Source of the DNA: a bacterium
Lineage (GTDB): Bacteria; JADJOY01
Assembly: GCA_046331705.1 (NCBI GenBank)
Contig: JAXLQJ010000016.1
Location: forward strand, 1-64,000
Length of the DNA stretch: 64,000 nucleotides
Direction: 5' to 3'
The notes under the pieces were generated by a model that was not told the DNA's origin, made no database searches, and saw only the letters and a program-made list of their open reading frames with translations. A program made the position numbers and the translations under genes. Below are positions 58,348-64,000 of this stretch, in pieces. How positions within the stretch are numbered: position 1 is the first letter of the stretch; each line of letters starts with the position of its first letter.

Positions 58348-61300
58348 CTACTTCCGCCGGTCGAGAAGCTCGCGGACCCGCCGCGCGAGCGTCTCGACCC
58401 GGAACGGCTTCGAGACGAACTCGATGCCGGCGTCGAGCACTCCATGGTGGGCGATGACGTTGTCCGTGTAGCCGGAGGTGAAGAGCGTCTGGGTTTCCGG
58501 GTGCGCGGCAGCCACGCGCTCGGCGAGCGTGCGCCCCGTCATCCCGGGCATCACCACGTCGGTGATCAGTAGGTCGATCGGCCTCGACGTGGCGAGGGCG
58601 GATGCCAGGGCCTGCTCGCCACTGGCGTGTGCGTCCACGTGATAGCCGAGCTGGAGCAGGATCTTGACGGCGACCTCACGAACCGAGTCGTCGTCCTCGG
58701 CGAGCAGGATCGACTCGTGCCCGCCGACCAGGTCGCTCGTGGCGACCGCGCGCTCGGGCTCGACGGCGCCATCGGCGCGCGGAAAGTAGAGGCGGAAGGT
58801 CGTGCCCTGGCCGACCTCGGAGTAGACCTGGATCCAGCCCTTGTTCTGCCGCATCGCACCGTAGACCATCGCCAGCCCGAGCCCGGTGCCGCGTCCCTGT
58901 GACTTGGTGGTGAAGAATGGCTCGAAGATGCGTTGCCGGACCTCGGCGCTCATGCCCGATCCATTGTCGGATACGGACAGCACCACGTACTCGCCGGGCA
59001 TCGCGTCGGGGTGCTGACGGCAATACGCGTCGTCGATGGTCACGTTCGCCGTCTCGATCGTGAGCTTCCCGCCGTTCGGCATCGCGTCGCGGGCGTTCAC
59101 GGCGAGATTGACGAGGACCTGTTCCGTCTGCCCGGTATCGATCCGGACGTTGCCAATCGGCTCCGCGAGCATCGACTCGAGCTCGATGTCCTCGCCGAGC
59201 AGCCGGTGCAGCATCTTCTGCAGATCCGACACCACCGCGTTCACGCTCGCGATCTTGGGCTCGATGAGCTGCTTGCGCGAGAACGCCAGGAGCTGCCGGG
59301 TGAGCTTGGCCGCGGACTCGACGGCCTTGTCGATCTCCGCCAAGCGCCCATGACCTGGGTGGGACGGCGGGACGTCGAGCAATGCCAGCTCGGCGTTGAT
59401 ACCGATCGCGGTGAGCAGGTTGTTGAAGTCGTGAGCGATGCCGCCCGCCAGCCGGCCGATCGACTCCATCTTCTGTGCTTGACGCAGGCCTTCTTCGAGC
59501 CGGGCGTGCTCGGCCTCCGCCCACTTGCGCTGGCTGATGTCTCGGGCAATCACGAAGACGAGCATTTCATCGCCTTGCTGAAAAGACCGTAGCCGGAGGT
59601 CCACGGGAAACGTCGAGCCGTCGGCGCGTCGATGGATGCCTTCCCGATCGACGTGGCCCCCGCCGCGGACCTCCCGCCAGCACTCGACGCAGCTCTCGCG
59701 GGAGTGCCCGACCTCGATCTCGGGCACGGTGAGCGACTTGAGCTGGTCGCGGGTGTAGCCGAGGCTCTCGCAGGCGGCCCGGTTCACGTCGAGGATTCGG
59801 CCGTTCTCGTCGTGAACGAGAAGTGCGTCGGCCGCGGATTCGAAGAGCCGTCGGAACCGGTCCTCGCTTGCGCGCATCTCGCGCTCCGCGCGAGCGTGAA
59901 CGGTCCTGGCGCGGAGCACCGACATGCCGAACGACAGATCGTCGCCGAGCTCTTCGAGCAAAGCGGTTTCCCGCTCGTCGAATGCGTCGGGCTCCGCGGC
60001 GTAGATGCCCAAGGCACCGATCGTCCGGCCGCCCTCGTGAAGAGGCGCCGCGAGCACGGACTGGAAGCCGCGAAGAAGCGCTTGCTCCCGCCACGGCATG
60101 AATCTCGGATCTCGGGTCACGTCGCGAATGATCACCGTTTCGTCCGTGCGGATGGCCGTACCGATCGGGCCGCGGCCGAGTGGCTCGTCGGCCCACGTGA
60201 CGCGGATCGACTCCAGATAGTCATCGTCGAAGCCGGCTTGCGCGACGGGCCACACCCTCTTCGCATCGTCGGCGACCGCCAGGCCGATCCACGCGAGGCG
60301 ATAGCCACCCGTCTCGACGATGATCCGGCACACGTCGCGCAGCAACGTCGTCTCGTCGGTGGCGCGAATCAGCGTCTGGTTCGAGTCGCTGAGCATGCGC
60401 AACTGACGATTCGTGCTTTCGAGCGCGCGCTGCTCGTTGCGGCGCTGGGTGATGTCCTCGAAGACGCAGCACACCTGCTCGGATCCCTCGCTCGGGCGAT
60501 ACGCGTTGCACGCGTAGAGGCCGTGGGTGGGCGCGTGGTACATCTCGAAGCTCCGTGGCTCGCCCGTGCGAGCGACCTCGGCGTAAGCCTCGAACCAGCT
60601 CTCCTCGGTCTCGGGCCAGACTTCGCGAACCGTCTTGCCCTGCACGTCCTCGAGACGGAGGCCGGACACCCGCGAGTAGGCTTCGTTGAAGTACTCGAAG
60701 CGGATGTCGACCAGTCGGCCCGACCCATCGAAGACCGTGCCCCAGGTCACGAATGCGTTCGCCATGCGCCGAAGCAGCGCCTCGAGCTCCTCGGTGCGGG
60801 CGCGTAGCGCCGCTGCCGCGCACACGCGATCGGTCAAATCCACGTGTTGGATGACCGCGTTCACGACCTCGCCGGCGTCGTCCAGTACGGGCGAGATCGT
60901 GACGGCGAGGTGGCGAACGACGGCGACTCGCGGCCGCGAGCGCTGGAGCTGCCCGCTGTCGTAGACGATCTCGAACTGGACGGGCCGTCCCTTCTCGAAC
61001 GCGTGCCGGACCAGCGGCATCCGCCCCTGGGCTTCGACGACGTTGTCGTGCAGCACGTTGTACTTGCCCACCAGCTCGGTGTCGGTCGCTTGAAGCAGGT
61101 CGCGGCAGGCCTGGTTCATCCGGATCATCGTCCCGCGCCGGTCGGACACCCAGATCGAGTGCGGGCTGTGCTCGATGATCGCTTCGAGAAACCGCGCCGG
61201 GCTCTCGCTGGGCGGGTCGACGATTCTCACCACGGCGAGTAGCGCGTGCGGCTCCAGATTCGCGAGCCGGCCTACCTTCCAGCGCACTCGCGAGCATCGG

Positions 61301-61545
61301 CCGTCGGCACTGCGCAACACGCAGTCACGCTCCCAGCCCGAGTCGGCGCGCATCGCACGGGCCAATTCGCCGGAATCCACACCGATGACGTCCGCGAGGT
61401 CGCGACCCGCGAGCGCCGCCGCGGGCAACTCGAGAAGGTCTTCCGCCGCGCGGTTCGTGAACGCCACGCGGCCATCGGCGTCGGCCGCGATCGCGCCTTC
61501 CTCGAACAGCGCGAGCGCTTCGAGCAACGGGCTGGCTGCCGTCAT
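58348..61545 (-). CDS. Hybrid sensor histidine kinase (PAS x4, GAF, HisKA, HATPase, REC; CckA-like)
   Basis: [59 protein letters not shown]; no TM seen. Confidence 0.95.
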   Translation of the reverse strand: MTAASPLLEALALFEEGAIAADADGRVAFTNRAAEDLLELPAAALAGRDLADVIGVDSGELARAMRADSGWERDCVLRSADGRCSRVRWKVGRLANLEPHALLAVVRIVDPPSESPARFLEAIIEHSPHSIWVSDRRGTMIRMNQACRDLLQATDTELVGKYNVLHDNVVEAQGRMPLVRHAFEKGRPVQFEIVYDSGQLQRSRPRVAVVRHLAVTISPVLDDAGEVVNAVIQHVDLTDRVCAAAALRARTEELEALLRRMANAFVTWGTVFDGSGRLVDIRFEYFNEAYSRVSGLRLEDVQGKTVREVWPETEESWFEAYAEVARTGEPRSFEMYHAPTHGLYACNAYRPSEGSEQVCCVFEDITQRRNEQRALESTNRQLRMLSDSNQTLIRATDETTLLRDVCRIIVETGGYRLAWIGLAVADDAKRVWPVAQAGFDDDYLESIRVTWADEPLGRGPIGTAIRTDETVIIRDVTRDPRFMPWREQALLRGFQSVLAAPLHEGGRTIGALGIYAAEPDAFDERETALLEELGDDLSFGMSVLRARTVHARAEREMRASEDRFRRLFESAADALLVHDENGRILDVNRAACESLGYTRDQLKSLTVPEIEVGHSRESCVECWREVRGGGHVDREGIHRRADGSTFPVDLRLRSFQQGDEMLVFVIARDISQRKWAEAEHARLEEGLRQAQKMESIGRLAGGIAHDFNNLLTAIGINAELALLDVPPSHPGHGRLAEIDKAVESAAKLTRQLLAFSRKQLIEPKIASVNAVVSDLQKMLHRLLGEDIELESMLAEPIGNVRIDTGQTEQVLVNLAVNARDAMPNGGKLTIETANVTIDDAYCRQHPDAMPGEYVVLSVSDNGSGMSAEVRQRIFEPFFTTKSQGRGTGLGLAMVYGAMRQNKGWIQVYSEVGQGTTFRLYFPRADGAVEPERAVATSDLVGGHESILLAEDDDSVREVAVKILLQLGYHVDAHASGEQALASALATSRPIDLLITDVVMPGMTGRTLAERVAAAHPETQTLFTSGYTDNVIAHHGVLDAGIEFVSKPFRVETLARRVRELLDRRK

Positions 61546-61943
61546 GATGGCGTTTGGCGTGGCGTGAATCAGCGGATGCTGTGATGAGCGTCGAAGGTCG
61601 GGTGTGCCGCTCGATGTCTTCGCGCCGCGGCGCGACGTCGAAGGGTGGGACCGGCGAACGAGCGCGGCGCGGCCGAGCAAGACTGCCACAGCTTGACACT
61701 CGTCGGAATTGGTCATCCAGCACTGTGTCGCTCTCTAGGAGTCGCCTGGCTCGGTCGGTGACGCAACGACGTGACGCAAGGAGATCACGTGGTCGAGGTG
61801 CCCCGTCATGCGATCGTTGGCGATCGAACGTGCGGAGCTGGATGGGGTGCCGCTCGCGGCTGGGCGCACCGATCCGATGCACGTCTCGAGTTCGCCCGAT
61901 TCGACCGAAGCGGGCGGGAAGCAGCGCCCGGATTGGTCGGTCG

Positions 61944-62777
61944 TCAGCGCGGGATGTGCTTGCGATGGCGCGCCTTGGCGGCGCGTCCACGTCGTTCCAG
62001 GAGTGGCTGCGTCACGCGGCGGAGAGCCGGGAAGAGGTAGCCCAGCGTCGCCATCTTGGCGCCGAGGGCTGGCCGGACACGTTCCAGCGTGCCGTCGGCT
62101 GCGCAGTCGAGCACCAGCGCCGCGATCTGCTCGGCCGTGCTCATGGGTTGCGAGAACACCAAGTCGGGAACCTGATCGGGATCGGCGAGGATGAAATCCG
62201 TGGCGATCGGTCCTGGCGACACCACCGACACTCGCACCCCGCTCGCGCGCAGCTCCTCAGCCAAAGCGAACGTGAACGCGCGCAGCCCGAACTTGGTGGC
62301 CGAGTACACCGCCTCGTGAACGAGCGGTACCCGCCCGGCGAGTGACGCCACGTTCACGATCGCGCCGCCGCGCCCCGATCGGCGCAGGTGCGGCAGCGCC
62401 AAGCGCGTCAGCGTGATCGGCGCCACCAGGTTCACGTGCACCACCTGCGCCAGCTCCTCCGGCGCGTAGCGTTCGATCTCGCCGCGTCGGTTGGCGCCGG
62501 CGTTGTTCACCAGCACGTCGAGCCCGCCGAACGCGGCCACGGTGGCCTCGATGAGCGCCTGGCACTGGGCGAGATCGGCGACGTCCGTGGGAACGGCGCG
62601 TGCCGCGCCACCTGCTCGTATGATCTCGGCAGCGATACGCTCGAGCTCGCTCTTGCCGCGAGCGGCCAGCACCACCGTAGCGCCTTCGGCGGCGAAGGCC
62701 TTCGCCGCAGCGGCACCCACGCCGCTCGAAGCTCCGGTCACCAGCACCACGCGGCCGTCGAATCGCGATCGTTTCAT
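61944..62777 (-). CDS. SDR family oxidoreductase
   Basis: TGASSGVG, NNAG, YSATK. Confidence 0.92.
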   Translation of the reverse strand: MKRSRFDGRVVLVTGASSGVGAAAAKAFAAEGATVVLAARGKSELERIAAEIIRAGGAARAVPTDVADLAQCQALIEATVAAFGGLDVLVNNAGANRRGEIERYAPEELAQVVHVNLVAPITLTRLALPHLRRSGRGGAIVNVASLAGRVPLVHEAVYSATKFGLRAFTFALAEELRASGVRVSVVSPGPIATDFILADPDQVPDLVFSQPMSTAEQIAALVLDCAADGTLERVRPALGAKMATLGYLFPALRRVTQPLLERRGRAAKARHRKHIPR

Positions 62778-62899
62778 GGTTGGTCTCCGCACGTCATGGC
62801 GACGTTGTCGCGAACTATCGCGTTCGCTCCCGCGGTGTGTCGATGGACGCGAACCGCCCGCGAGACGACCGCCGTGGCGGCGAGCCGCGGCGCCGCGCT

Positions 62900-64000
62900 A
62901 TGACGTCCGATATGGAACGGTTTGCGGGGCGATGCGCGCGTAGCGTCGTGGCGGCGGCGTTGCTCGTCGCACTCGCGGTGAGCTGCTCGTCGCGCCCGCA
63001 CGACGTGGAAACGGCGGCGCGACATCGAGCGCTCGCCGAGTGGCTGGCGGGGGCCGTGTCGGTGGTCCCCGCATCGCCCGAGCTGTGCGCGATCGCCGCG
63101 GGGTCGAGCGAGTCCGCGGCCGTGACTTCGGGGCCGCGGACGGAGACCGGTTGGTACTGGGAACGCGGCGGTTGCACCGTTGCGTACGCGCTCGATCCAG
63201 AATCGGTGATCGGGCTAGCCGACGCGAGCTGGCCGCAGTCGACGACCGCGACGTCGGGCCGTGTCGTGGACGTCGATCGCATTGCACGCGCGAGCGCGCT
63301 CGTGCGCGCGCTCGCCACGTCGTTGGAACGCGAGAGCCCGGCACCGCTCCATCGGCTCGAGATCCAGACGCTCCTGTGGGAGCTCGCGGCTACCGTGGCC
63401 GACGCCAAGAGAACGAGCTCGGCGGCAGCGTCTGCCGAGCTGGAGGCGCTCGAGCACGATCTCGAGCGTGCGATCGCCTTCACGTTGCTCACAGAGGCCG
63501 AGCTCGATTCGCTTCCCTCCGCGTTGGGCCGGGTCGGTCAGGCGAACGCGGGCGCGGCGGAGCTGATCGCGCGGATCGAGCGCCAGGATCCAACGGTTCT
63601 CGAAGTGACGAATGCGCAGCGCGGCATTCGATCGCTTCACGACCAGTTGCTCGCCGATCGTTTCGCGCTTCGCGTGTTCCTCGTCGTGCCGGCAGCACGC
63701 GTCGAGGCGCTGCTGCGTCATCTCGCGCGCTCGTCGTTGGTAACGCTCACGGGATTCGAGAAGGCCTTTCCGGGCCTGCCTTCAACGCACGCGAGCGACA
63801 ATCAGCAGTTGCTGGTGCTCACCCGATTCGTGATTCCCGACGTCCGTGCGGTGCTGGTGCTCTACTTCCGCGCGATCGATTCTCGCCGACGCGTGCGGAC
63901 GACTCCGGTCGTGGCAGCGTGGCGCGAGATGGCGGCTCCTGGTCCACTGGCCGCCGGGGGGCACGCCACGCTCGACGTGCTCGCACGCACCGAGATCCGC
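62900..64000 (+). CDS. Putative lipoprotein, runs off the window end (absent from ORF track)
   Basis: Frame from ATG 62900/62912 is open to 64000 by manual translation; AALLVALAVSC lipobox. Confidence 0.55.
   Translation, partial: MTSDMERFAGRCARSVVAAALLVALAVSCSSRPHDVETAARHRALAEWLAGAVSVVPASPELCAIAAGSSESAAVTSGPRTETGWYWERGGCTVAYALDPESVIGLADASWPQSTTATSGRVVDVDRIARASALVRALATSLERESPAPLHRLEIQTLLWELAATVADAKRTSSAAASAELEALEHDLERAIAFTLLTEAELDSLPSALGRVGQANAGAAELIARIERQDPTVLEVTNAQRGIRSLHDQLLADRFALRVFLVVPAARVEALLRHLARSSLVTLTGFEKAFPGLPSTHASDNQQLLVLTRFVIPDVRAVLVLYFRAIDSRRRVRTTPVVAAWREMAAPGPLAAGGHATLDVLARTEIR

Overview
GC-rich bacterial chromosomal window, apparently from a diderm (RND/OMF efflux, lipoproteins, OM barrel). 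Myxococcota/Binatia- or Thermoanaerobaculia-like affinity is inferred only from sorting-motif types. It holds about 40 intact genes: many secreted or lipo-proteins (lipase, GH5 endoglycoceramidase-like, two CSLREA proteins, DUF1554 tandem, FGE-sulfatase domain, beta-propellers, PHP hydrolase), two cobalamin-dependent radical SAM genes each next to envelope-glycan genes, a sigma54 activator, a type 2 IleRS, a P450+PhyH pair, an OMF-MFP-RND operon and a hybrid histidine kinase. No rRNA, tRNA, CRISPR array or intact transposase/integrase was seen. Most notable: (1) four unrelated secreted proteins share an [ILV]-[FY]-x-[DEN]-[DG]-F-[ED]-x6-W-[SD] module, while two others carry MYXO-CTERM-like tails; two CSLREA paralogues differ in exactly this tail. 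(2) A partly lower-GC, indel-riddled block at about 20-24 kb hides a reconstructable candidate PD-(D/E)xK nuclease and a lipoprotein. (3) Eroded gene remnants (TcmP-like C-terminus fused upstream of DUF5131; GGDEF half-domain). (4) A membrane-anchored [2Fe-2S] ferredoxin pair beside a B12 radical SAM. All family assignments come from motif recognition by eye; no database search was run.
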